A program made the position numbers and the translations under genes. Below are positions 18,501 through 27,867 of a DNA stretch of 64,000 bases, in pieces. Origin of the DNA: Alphaproteobacteria bacterium (GTDB lineage Bacteria; Pseudomonadota; Alphaproteobacteria; CAAHEQ01; UBA3637); assembly GCA_045605805.1 (NCBI GenBank), contig JAZUQR010000008.1:43253-107252 (forward strand), written 5' to 3'. The first letter of the stretch is position 1. Each line of letters opens with the position of its first letter. The notes below the pieces were generated by a model. That model saw nothing but the letters and a program-made list of their open reading frames with translations. It made no database searches and was not told the DNA's origin.

Positions 18501-18713
18501 TTGGATTGCATGAAGATTGTTGTTTATTGTCTCTTCATCCAACAGCAACTTGTTACCGAACCCAAATTCATTTTGCAGGAAAGAAGCCTGCGCGGAGTTA
18601 TCGGCGATTGAAAAAGTCATGTTGGCTTTTTCTTGGCCCTTGAATAACTCAACCGCCGCATTCGTGGCATCAGTTTGAAATTCTTGATTCTTAAACTTTA
18701 GTTTCATGCTCAT
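15555..18713 (-). CDS. res: Type III restriction endonuclease Res subunit
   Basis: IEMETGTGKT, IIDEPQ, RYSATH, SHSALKEGWDNPNVF and YNPDW...LETKG nuclease motifs. Confidence 0.93.
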   Translation of the reverse strand: MSMKLKFKNQEFQTDATNAAVELFKGQEKANMTFSIADNSAQASFLQNEFGFGNKLLLDEETINNNLHAIQKAHSLPQTNIDGIKAVPLSIEMETGTGKTFVYTKTILELNHRYGFTKFIIVVPSVAIREGVNKSFQVTEEYFKNQYDGVPYRYFIYNSAKLSDVRAFATSSNIEIMIINIDAFKKAENIINQEQDKLNGETAMRYIQDTNPVVIIDEPQSVDNTPKAKEAIAMLNPLCVLRYSATHREKQNLVYRLTPVDAYQLGLVKQICVISNSVINDSNKPYIALKNVSNANGFSAKLEIDVEDDNAHITRKVITVKPDDDLFIKSGHRKIYEGYVVSGIDCTSGLEGVEFANSEYVALGKAIGSVDEKVLKRAQIYQTIKTHLDKELRYFDMGIKVLSLFFIDEVKKYRTEDGGKGIYAKMFEECYNELINKPRYAELKTKFDTDVNKAHNGYFSQDKKGKYKDTKGDTQADDDTYNTIMKDKEWLLSFECPLRFIFSHSALKEGWDNPNVFQVCTLIEQKSLFTCRQKIGRGLRLCVNQDGERIEDKNINVLHVIANESFAEFADKLQKEIEDETGVKFGVFELDMLVGYSYDEEVEVERRVSESEATAIVEDLQKYGLIDDGGYIKPEVKPEEIKIENIPMPEPVKTHVQDMIKTSKPVSVAALANTTYKETVVEKKTFSYEEAAAIMDELKDKKVIDSKNKIKDTMKAQLAAGTLNLSERWSKAAQRAILQSMNKADNKLNIRDASKDVTVKLNKRALLSPEFMELWNKIKQKTTYRVQFDLDKLIADSIKDIRKMPEIASARLLSQTASVDIQKSGVTAQAGAMFTQNLEKSYDVLPDILRLISTKTLLKRSTVNKIIQESSRAGDFLKNPQDFYEKVLEIIQRNRHALAIDGIKYIKLAGEEYAVQEIFSSEELIANLDRNAVAVKNSVYDYVIYDSSTVEKPFAVALDEDPDVKMFFKIPSRFKIDTPIGTYNPDWAVYLEKNGEQKLYFVLETKGTDSFYGLRPEEQQKIHCGAQHFKALDNVIYSEQPVRNWQEFKKTV

Positions 18714-19405
18714 TTACCTATTTTATAAATTACATATTTAATTTCAGGATTCGAAAACTGCTCCTTAAAGAAAGATTCCATTTTCTTGTCATTATTCACA
18801 ACTTCTTTAGGCAATTGATTAAAATTTAATATTGTTTTATCCATCATGCCTACATCATTTATCAGAATACGATGACGCTTGTCTTCGTTCTTATTCCAGT
18901 AGAGGATCGCATACCTTATGGAGCCGGAAATAACCTCATTATCAAACGTAACGCTGTGCGTTGTAATGGTTTCCAACTTTTTCTTTTTTTTGATTTTACC
19001 AGTAAACGGGATAAAAATCGTCTTTTCGGGAGTTTGAACTCTAAAATATATGTCTTTATGCATAGGGATTTCAGGCTCATAGGAGTATCTTTTCCCCATA
19101 ATGTTATATGCATGAAAAGGTTCCAACAAAAATGGCTCATCAAAAGTTTTTAGTGTCATTAGGTATTTATTGTTGAATACGACAGAGATGGCCGTAATCG
19201 TTTTCGGAGAGAGCGTTTTATTGAATATCGTGCAATGTAAACCACTCCCTTCAAAAGAATTATGATTTTCTCCGAAAGATGTGATTTTAAGATTTTTTGA
19301 AAAGTGGTAAAGCCAAAAGCCATAAGCAGTTAAAACAAATATCCCCAAATTACCAAGGATGGATGCTACTTTCTCAACAGTTTCCAAATTCAAAAAATCA
19401 CACAT
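18710..19405 (-). CDS. Hypothetical protein with N-terminal TM helix, between mod and res
   Basis: 231 aa AT-rich ORF; hydrophobic segment near residues 13-34; stop overlaps res start. Confidence 0.7.
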   Translation of the reverse strand: MCDFLNLETVEKVASILGNLGIFVLTAYGFWLYHFSKNLKITSFGENHNSFEGSGLHCTIFNKTLSPKTITAISVVFNNKYLMTLKTFDEPFLLEPFHAYNIMGKRYSYEPEIPMHKDIYFRVQTPEKTIFIPFTGKIKKKKKLETITTHSVTFDNEVISGSIRYAILYWNKNEDKRHRILINDVGMMDKTILNFNQLPKEVVNNDKKMESFFKEQFSNPEIKYVIYKIGK

Positions 19406-19414
19406 CGTCCACCT

Positions 19415-21280
19415 CTACAGCAACATAATTTCCACGCCACTGTCTTTGCTTATGTAATAAGCGTTGGATAGGGCCACATCATCTTTGAACGCTTCTTCAG
19501 CCGCGACAATTTTAGCCGGCGATAATTCGCACATCGCGGTTACGTCTTCCGGTGTGATACCGCCATTTGAACCGTCCAGGCAAACAAGAACCAAGCCTTC
19601 TTCGCCAATGGAATAAACTTTGCGGCCGTTCAAATTATTTTCTGTAACCTTATAAGTCTCCGGAATACCAAGCTTCAGCATAACTTCATAAACCACATCT
19701 AATTCGGAGCGGTCAATTTTAAGACTCTTTATCATTGTATCGAAGCGTTCTTTCAAAATCTCTGTCTCGGAGCTTTCCAGCGGTGTATCATCCCACTTAA
19801 CCAAATTTGATGTATCCAGTTTCAAAACCTTAAAGCCAACATCCACATCGGCGTTTTGCTCTTTGATTTTTGCACCGGCGCGGCGGATACGCTCTTTACC
19901 GATTTCACAAATGTTTTTATATCCGGCTTTGAAAGCTTCTGACTTTTCGTCCGTCAGTTCAGGTAACTGCACCATAATAAATTGACGTTTGCCTCCATCT
20001 TCTGCGTTGAGTTGCATAACCGCATGGGCGGTGGTGGCCGAACCCGAGAAGAAGTCAAGAACAATGTCGCCATCAGACACTTTTGACATTAAAATTAGGT
20101 CATTTACGAGATTGACTGGTTTTGCATAATCAAAATATGATTTTTCAATTTGAAATAATTTTTTAATTTCTTCAGTACCCTTTGCATTTATGTATTCGTC
20201 TTTGAATATTGATATAAATTGTTTTTCTCGATTTGAATCATCGCGGATTTTTTCGTAAACAATGTAAGTACCATCGGAGCGTTTTTCAAAGATTACATCT
20301 CCCTCGCTGACTTTCTTATGCATCTTTTCTTTACCTAAACGCCAACGACCCTCTGTCCCATCATTTCGAATAGGATATACATCTTCGCCATTCGGACCTT
20401 TTATAGGAAAATACATAGATGGAGAATCTTCTCGTCTTGAACCTGCGCCCCATTTGTTTAATTCGCGACCTTTCGCATATGCACCTTTTTCATCTTGAAG
20501 ATTTAGCGTCCTACCTTCTACCTCTACACCACCAAATTCAACATCATTTATATTCTTAGAGTAGATGAGAACATAATCGTGCGTAACTCTGATGTATTTA
20601 GATTGACTGCCACCTTTAATGGCTTCTCGTGTAATTTGCGCAATAAAGTTTTCTTCTCCGAATACCTCATTACAAATTTTCTTTAGGTTATCCACCTCGT
20701 TATCATCAATGCTGATGAAAATAACGCCATCGTCACGGAGCAAGTTGGCGGCCAAACGTAACCGCGGATACATCATGTTCAGCCAGTTGGTGTGATAACG
20801 TCCCATTGTTTCAGGATTAGACTTGGTGGTTTGGCTGGTAATTTCTTTATATTTTGCAAGCGGATCTTTGAAGTCATCTTCATAAACAAAGTCATTACCG
20901 GTATTATACGGCGGATCAATGTAAATCATCTTAACTTTGCGATAATAAGCCGTTTGCAACAGCTTTAATACTTCTAAATTGTCGCCCTCAATATACAGAT
21001 TATTGGTATTTTCAAAGTCCACACTTTCTTCAACACACGGGCGGAGTGTACCTGTAGAACGTTTTCCGGCGATACGCAGGCACTCTGATTTGCCTTTCCA
21101 TTCAAACTTGTACTTTTCAAAGTCATTGTCGATATATTCGCCACATAGTGACAACAGTTTATCAATATCCAGCTTGCCCTCAACAAAACATTGCGGGAAG
21201 ACGGCTTTTAAGCGTTCCTTATCAGTTTCTGCCACATCCAAACTCTTGCCGTCTAATTTCTTAATATTAAGTTCTTGCAT
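19415..21280 (-). CDS. mod: Type III R-M DNA methyltransferase Mod subunit
   Basis: EGDNLEVLK, IYIDPPYNTG, HTNWLNMMYPRL and LDFFSGSATTAHA motifs. Confidence 0.95.
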   Translation of the reverse strand: MQELNIKKLDGKSLDVAETDKERLKAVFPQCFVEGKLDIDKLLSLCGEYIDNDFEKYKFEWKGKSECLRIAGKRSTGTLRPCVEESVDFENTNNLYIEGDNLEVLKLLQTAYYRKVKMIYIDPPYNTGNDFVYEDDFKDPLAKYKEITSQTTKSNPETMGRYHTNWLNMMYPRLRLAANLLRDDGVIFISIDDNEVDNLKKICNEVFGEENFIAQITREAIKGGSQSKYIRVTHDYVLIYSKNINDVEFGGVEVEGRTLNLQDEKGAYAKGRELNKWGAGSRREDSPSMYFPIKGPNGEDVYPIRNDGTEGRWRLGKEKMHKKVSEGDVIFEKRSDGTYIVYEKIRDDSNREKQFISIFKDEYINAKGTEEIKKLFQIEKSYFDYAKPVNLVNDLILMSKVSDGDIVLDFFSGSATTAHAVMQLNAEDGGKRQFIMVQLPELTDEKSEAFKAGYKNICEIGKERIRRAGAKIKEQNADVDVGFKVLKLDTSNLVKWDDTPLESSETEILKERFDTMIKSLKIDRSELDVVYEVMLKLGIPETYKVTENNLNGRKVYSIGEEGLVLVCLDGSNGGITPEDVTAMCELSPAKIVAAEEAFKDDVALSNAYYISKDSGVEIMLL

Positions 21281-21494
21281 AAAGTGCTCCGTTTTTTTGA
21301 ATTTTACATGGCTATTAAAATACCCAAATCGTTAAATAATTGCAAGGGAAATGAAAAAATTTCCTTATTTTTTTGAATCCGAAAGGCTTGGTGTGGTTGA
21401 ATTTGGTAAAAAATCAGATACTACCATCAGGACTTGAAAAAATTTTTTATAACATGTATCATCATGAAGAATTTACTTTTTAACAGGACACAAA

Positions 21495-21683
21495 ATGAAA
21501 TACGACAGCAATAAATTATACATCATCATTGATGAAGAGTATCGCGATACTTTTGAAGACAAGGTTGTGGAATTTTTAAATAAAGGTTATTTGCCTCTCG
21601 GAGGTGTTTCAACTTATATTAATGAAGACGGGGCCATTCATTATTGCCAAGCTCTTTTGCAATCAGAAAAAGAGAAAAGTTAA
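21495..21683 (+). CDS. DUF1737-like small protein
   Basis: FEDKV..FLNKGY.PLGGVS...YCQALL pattern; AGGA RBS. Confidence 0.6.
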   Translation: MKYDSNKLYIIIDEEYRDTFEDKVVEFLNKGYLPLGGVSTYINEDGAIHYCQALLQSEKEKS

Positions 21684-22002
21684 TTAATCGTTATTTCTCA
21701 ATGGATTAAGGGTATTTTCCAACTCAATGTCAACCTCTCTTGAGCAGATTAGAAACACAAGAGCAATAAAATTGTATGTAAAACATTTCAAATCAATGAG
21801 TTAAGAACGAAGCGGCACTTTTTGTTTGGCAGATATGGTTCGGTATACTTTTAGGGTATAGGTATACTTTTTAAAGGGTAACAATCAAATTGACAGACAC
21901 GGCGTGCAAAATTCCAAAAGCGGGAATAGTGGCTAGAACTGGGCTTTAAGAGGGTATAGAAAAAACGGACACTTTTAGGTATCCGTTTTTATTTTTTAAT
22001 AC

Positions 22003-22079
22003 TGGTCGGAGCGGCGGGATTTGAACCCACGACCACTTGCCCCCCAGACAAGTGCGCTACCAGGCTGCGCTACGCTCCG
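22003..22079 (-). tRNA. tRNA-Pro(GGG)
   Basis: Reverse complement CGGAGCGTAGCGCAGCCTGGTAGCGC...CT GGG GG...GGTTCAAATCC...CCA. Confidence 0.97.
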
Positions 22080-22466
22080 ATAGCAACTATAATACTTATT
22101 TTTGTGGTAAATTGCAAGTACTTTTTTTAAGTGTTGCCTCTATTGTATTAAAAAAATGTTGACAAAAAATCTTTTTCTGATATAATTTATTTGTTGTTTT
22201 AGGAGATAGAGATGCGTCAAAACTTTCACTCTTGCAAAAGTAAAAGAAATGAGAATCTTGTTGATTTAAGCCTTGTGCTTGCTTTGTTGGCTTTGGGGAT
22301 GGTGTTATCTGGTTGGAGTACTGGTCAAGCCATATACAGAAGATATTCTGCTTCCAAAAATATTCAAGATTCTTGCCAAAAAAATCTTAAAAAAACAAGT
22401 TCTGATTCTTTGAAATCCGATTGTTTTTTGTATCATTATAAACATAACCAAAAATAAGGAGAAAAT

Positions 22467-22781
22467 ATGTCTAAACAAAATGATAATCAAATTAAAAAAG
22501 ACGAATACCCTAAAAAGAAAGACTGGTTGGGATTTTCTGAAATTCGTCCGGGGCTTTATCAATCAGATGTGGATCCGGAAATGATTTTAACAGGCTCTCA
22601 ATATAATGGGATGGTTATTGGTGGTTTAGGGGCTTTAATAGCTCTTGGTGTATGGTTGGCTGGTGGAATCAAAGCGGTTAAGTATGTTTTTGCTCCGCCA
22701 AAAGCCCCTGCCATTCAACAACAAGTGCCTGAAAATCCGGCTGTGACCAATAAAATGCACATTATTTCAAAAGAAAGATAA
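22467..22781 (+). CDS. Hypothetical single-TM protein
   Basis: AAGGAG RBS; one hydrophobic helix; ends ISKER. Confidence 0.65.
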   Translation: MSKQNDNQIKKDEYPKKKDWLGFSEIRPGLYQSDVDPEMILTGSQYNGMVIGGLGALIALGVWLAGGIKAVKYVFAPPKAPAIQQQVPENPAVTNKMHIISKER

Positions 22782-22822
22782 AAATACTTGACAAATAGTT
22801 AAAAAAGTGTTAATATCTTGTT

Positions 22823-22936
22823 GGAGTGACAAAGAGGCTTGTTGTGTAATACTCCTCAACCTTGCAAACAAGTTTGGATTTTCCCCCTTCTTTTTGTTGC
22901 TCCTCCTTTTCTCCCACCAGAAATGGTGGGTTTTTT
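22823..22936 (+). ncRNA. Candidate small RNA
   Basis: TTGACA-17-TAATAT promoter (22788-22816), long stem, CU-rich tracts, terminator CCCACCA-GAAA-TGGTGGG-T6; no ORF. Confidence 0.55.
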
Positions 22937-22992
22937 GTTGACAGAAGGGTCTTTATGTGATAAAACCTTTTCTATAATGAAAGGATTGTATT

Positions 22993-23520
22993 ATGTTCAG
23001 AAAAATTGAAAATGGGCGGACTTTGCTGGAAATGATTGGTGTGATTACCATGATTGGGGTTTTGACGGTGGGTGGTACTTCGTTATACACCCAAGCGATG
23101 GCAAAGGTTAGATTGAATAATCTTTTAGAGGAAGTGCGCAAACGGGCTTTGGTGGCGGACCGAAAAACAAGCAGCAGATATACATATGGGATGTTTAATG
23201 CCCAAGGCGGCGGTGCAAAGAGTGTGACTTCTTATGGGTATGGTATTGGGGACAATAACTCTGGAGTCAACCGTTCAGATGGTACCGTGAAAGTTTGGGT
23301 TGGACAACTTGAAGGGACAGGCGGAAAACCTTTGGATCCTGCGGTTTGTGAGGCTTTATTGGCTTCTGTGGCTGAGGGGGATGAGATTAAAACGGGCAGT
23401 GTTGTGGGCGTTTATAAAGACAACTGTATGACTAAACTGACTGCTTGTCGGTCGGAAGATGATGAGGGTGAGATGGTGAATGAGGTTCCGGATGTTGTGT
23501 GTATAGAAATTAAATCGTAA
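22993..23520 (+). CDS. Type IV pilin/pseudopilin-like protein
   Basis: Prepilin-like N-terminus ENG-RTLLEMIGVITMIGVLTVGG with E5; C-terminal cysteines. Confidence 0.75.
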   Translation: MFRKIENGRTLLEMIGVITMIGVLTVGGTSLYTQAMAKVRLNNLLEEVRKRALVADRKTSSRYTYGMFNAQGGGAKSVTSYGYGIGDNNSGVNRSDGTVKVWVGQLEGTGGKPLDPAVCEALLASVAEGDEIKTGSVVGVYKDNCMTKLTACRSEDDEGEMVNEVPDVVCIEIKS

Positions 23521-23588
23521 AAAAATGCAAAAAATACTTGTATTTTGTTTTGCTTTGGTGTATGAATAAGATAATAACAGAAAGGTGA

Positions 23589-24644
<1,056 letters not shown>

Positions 24645-24666
24645 TTTAACGCCAAAGAGGTGCCGT

Positions 24667-25518
24667 ATGGAGAACAAACAGTTTCGTTTGAAAAGGATTC
24701 GCTCTCAGATACGACGCTTGCTTCCTATTGTTTTTTTAATGTTTTCTTTATGTTTGGTTGTGTTATGGAAAACACAAAACCCTGTTGTGGTAGCTGTGCG
24801 GCATGAAGTGGCGGATTTTTTATCGCCTGTGGGTTATGTTTTATCGGCACCGGCACGGTGGGTGAAATCTGTTAAAGACGGTTTTCACAGAAGAGCCTTT
24901 TTATCCCACAGAAATCAGGTGCTTGAAGAAGAAAATAAGATGTTAAAGCGGTGGCGGTTATTGGCGTTACAATTGCAATCGGAACAAGATGCAATCAAAA
25001 AAATGGTCAATTATGTGCCATATCCAACAGCTGTTTCAAAAGTAGCTCGGTTGGTGTTGGATACAGGAGATAAGTTTTCAAGAAATTATATTGCTTTGGC
25101 TGGTGTGAAAGATGGTATTTCGGTTGGGGCTGTGGCTTTAACGGAAAATGGTTTGTTTGCACGAGTGATTGAAGTAGGTGATCATGGGGCAAGGTTGATG
25201 CTGTTGACGGATTATTTGTCACGTGTGCCTGTGATGGTGGGTGAAAAACGGGTACCGGCTATTTTGTCGGGTGATAATTCATTGAAGCCAAAGTTGATTT
25301 TTGTTGAGAAGGATGCTGATATCAAAGAAAACGATCTTGTTTTGACTTCGGGGCAAGTAGGGGTTTATCCTTCTGGTTTGGCTGTGGGTGTTGTGGCTGC
25401 GGTGAAGCAAGGTGATATTTATGTGGACTTGTTTGAAAGCGGTGAAGGTTTAGAGTTTGTTCGTTTGGTGGATTTCGGTTTATCGGATGTGTTGTTAAAA
25501 ACAGAGTGTCAGGAGTAG
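24667..25518 (+). CDS. mreC: Rod shape-determining protein MreC
   Basis: TM plus coiled coil, LLTD..SRVPV, TSG..GVYPSGL; operon context. Confidence 0.9.
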   Translation: MENKQFRLKRIRSQIRRLLPIVFLMFSLCLVVLWKTQNPVVVAVRHEVADFLSPVGYVLSAPARWVKSVKDGFHRRAFLSHRNQVLEEENKMLKRWRLLALQLQSEQDAIKKMVNYVPYPTAVSKVARLVLDTGDKFSRNYIALAGVKDGISVGAVALTENGLFARVIEVGDHGARLMLLTDYLSRVPVMVGEKRVPAILSGDNSLKPKLIFVEKDADIKENDLVLTSGQVGVYPSGLAVGVVAAVKQGDIYVDLFESGEGLEFVRLVDFGLSDVLLKTECQE

Positions 25519-25522
25519 GGCG

Positions 25523-26029
25523 ATGCATTCCTTTCGTTGGCGATTTTTCTTTATGCGCTTATTGCCTTTTGTATTTGTTTTGACATTGATTTTATGCCAT
25601 TTATCGCCTTTTTATTCGTTGCCTTATTTTCCTTTTTCTGTTCAATTGGCTTTTGTTCCCGTTTTTTATTTTGCTGTTTTTAATCCCAAGGTTTTAAGCT
25701 GTTGGGCAGTTTTTTTATTGGGTGTTGTGTCTGATTTATTGACTTCTTCTGTGTTTGGTGTGACTCCATTTTGCTTTGTATTGATGTATTTTATGGCGAA
25801 TTTTTTCAGAAAGTATTTTGTTGAGTTTAATTTTTTTGGCCTATGGATTGTTTTTTCCGGTGTGCTGTTGATGGTTGAATGTATCAATTATGCTTTGGTG
25901 GCTTTGTTTGGGCAAAATCCTGTTGTTTTTTATCCTGTTTTGGTTGAGTTTTGGATTGTGTGTTTGCTATATCCTTTTTTAATGCGTTTTTGTGCTTATT
26001 TGAACAAGAAAACACGAGAGGTTTCATGA
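25523..26029 (+). CDS. mreD: Rod shape-determining protein MreD
   Basis: Hydrophobic, FLLGVVSDLL motif; between mreC and mrdA. Confidence 0.8.
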   Translation: MHSFRWRFFFMRLLPFVFVLTLILCHLSPFYSLPYFPFSVQLAFVPVFYFAVFNPKVLSCWAVFLLGVVSDLLTSSVFGVTPFCFVLMYFMANFFRKYFVEFNFFGLWIVFSGVLLMVECINYALVALFGQNPVVFYPVLVEFWIVCLLYPFLMRFCAYLNKKTREVS

Positions 26030-27867
26030 GCGTTTGGAAATATGAAAAATCACATGTTATTTTCCTGCGGTCCATATCTTTGGTGGGCTTTTTTGTACTT
26101 GTTAGTTTTGTTTTAATTGGCCGATTGTTCTATTTGCAGATTTTACAAGGCGATCGTTTTTTGGTGTTAGCAGAAAAAAACAGAACCGCCCTTCATTTAA
26201 CAATGCCGGATCGGGGAAAAATATATGACCGAAACGGGGTGATATTGGCCCAAAATAAACGTGTGTTTCAGGCTGTTTTGATTAAAGAACAGACGGATGA
26301 TTATAAACGCACTTTATCCAATTTCAAAAAATTGATTCCCATGACTGATGAGGAAGAAGAGGAGGTTTTGAAAAAAATACGCTTTAAGCGGCCGTTTATG
26401 CCGGTTCAGGTGAAAGATAATTTATCACAAGAGCAGGTGATTTTGCTTCATTTGAATGCCCCCCTTTTGGAGGGGATTCAAATTGAAGAAACCATGATTC
26501 GTACTTATCCTTTTAAGGATTTAACTTCACATTTTTTGGGTTATGTTTCTTTATTGAATGACCGAGATAAGGATGTGGAAGATAAATGGTTTGATTTGGC
26601 TGGTTATCGGATTGGGCGCACTGGGTTGGAAAACTCTATGGAATCTGTTTTAAGGGGGGAACCCGGCTTCAAAAAAACAGAAATCAATGCGATGGGCCGA
26701 ACGGTCAGCCTTATGGAAGAAGGGGAGTCTGTTGCGGGACAGGATTTGCATTTAACCATTGATATTGGTTTACAAAAGGTGGCTTATGACGCTTTGGGCA
26801 AAGAGGCGGGAACAGCCATTTTGATTGATATTCATTCGGGTGATATTTTGGCTTTTGTGTCCACACCGTCCTTTGATCCAAATTTGTTTTTGGCTCCTAT
26901 TTCCCAAAAGGAGTGGAATAAATTGATGAATAATCAAAAAAAACCATTACAAAATAAGGCACTTACGGGGACATATTCCCCAGGTTCCGTGTTTAAGTTG
27001 GTGGTGGCTTTGGCTGGTTTGGAAAGCGGGGATATCTCTGCCCATAAAAAAGTGACCTGTGATGGGGCAACACAATTAGGCAATCAAAAGTTTCACTGTT
27101 GGAAAAAGGATGGTCATGGTGCTTTAACTCTGCAAGAGGCTTTGCAACATTCTTGTGATGTGTATTTTTATGAAACTGCCCAAAAAATTGGGGTGGAAAA
27201 AATTGTGGCAACGGCCAAAAAATTGGGTTTTGGCGAGGCTGTTCAAACAGAGTTGAATATAGACAAAACAGGCCTTTTACCCAATGCAGAATGGAAGGAA
27301 AAAAACAAAAATGATGCTTGGCGTATGGGGGATACTTTGAATTTAAGTATCGGGCAGGGCTTTTTGCTTGCAACGCCCTTGCAATTAGTGCGTATGGTGG
27401 CAGCGATTGCCGGTGATGGTACTTTATCGGATTTGCATTTTATTCAAAATAATGTTGAACAAAAACACAAATCTTCTTTATTCAAAAGTTCTCATTTGCG
27501 CTTGATTCGGGCTGGTATGTATGATGTGGTGAATAAGGAAAAAGGCACTGCTTATGCTTCTCGTTTTACGCAAGGCGGCAAAAAAATGGCGGGCAAAACG
27601 GCCACAACGCAGGTGAGGCGCATTTCGTTGAAAGAACGGGAAGAAGGCTTAAAACAGCAAAAGGATATGCAATGGGAAAGTCGGGATCATGCTTTGTTTG
27701 CGGCTTATGCTCCAACAGATAAGCCTCGCTATGCTGTGATTGTTGTTGTGGAGCATGGTGGTAGCGGTTCGGCCGCAGCAGCTCCGGTGGGCGCAAAAAT
27801 CTTAAAAGAGGCCTTGAACTTACAAGATAAGCCTGTTAAAATGAAAACAGGAGGCACTAAACCATGA
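26026..27867 (+). CDS. mrdA: Penicillin-binding protein 2
   Basis: RGKIYDRNG, PGSVFK (SxxK), SCD and KTA motifs; ATG 26026 overlaps the mreD stop. Confidence 0.95.
   Translation: MSVWKYEKSHVIFLRSISLVGFFVLVSFVLIGRLFYLQILQGDRFLVLAEKNRTALHLTMPDRGKIYDRNGVILAQNKRVFQAVLIKEQTDDYKRTLSNFKKLIPMTDEEEEEVLKKIRFKRPFMPVQVKDNLSQEQVILLHLNAPLLEGIQIEETMIRTYPFKDLTSHFLGYVSLLNDRDKDVEDKWFDLAGYRIGRTGLENSMESVLRGEPGFKKTEINAMGRTVSLMEEGESVAGQDLHLTIDIGLQKVAYDALGKEAGTAILIDIHSGDILAFVSTPSFDPNLFLAPISQKEWNKLMNNQKKPLQNKALTGTYSPGSVFKLVVALAGLESGDISAHKKVTCDGATQLGNQKFHCWKKDGHGALTLQEALQHSCDVYFYETAQKIGVEKIVATAKKLGFGEAVQTELNIDKTGLLPNAEWKEKNKNDAWRMGDTLNLSIGQGFLLATPLQLVRMVAAIAGDGTLSDLHFIQNNVEQKHKSSLFKSSHLRLIRAGMYDVVNKEKGTAYASRFTQGGKKMAGKTATTQVRRISLKEREEGLKQQKDMQWESRDHALFAAYAPTDKPRYAVIVVVEHGGSGSAAAAPVGAKILKEALNLQDKPVKMKTGGTKP

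Larger units (their letters stand above)
1..22002. mobile_element. Right end of a prophage (tail, lysis, cargo), bounded by the 3' end of tRNA-Pro
   Basis: Tail-tip, NlpC/P60, lysin and spanin-like genes followed by DGR and R-M cargo. Ends at a tRNA 3' end, where the strongly G/T-skewed host composition begins. The left end is outside the window. Confidence 0.8.

Noticed and set aside
19415-21280. Phase-variable mod gene
   Set aside because: No simple sequence repeat tract seen in the gene
22212-22457. 81-aa ORF with one hydrophobic stretch
   Set aside because: Has an AGGAG RBS and may be real, but nothing else supports a call
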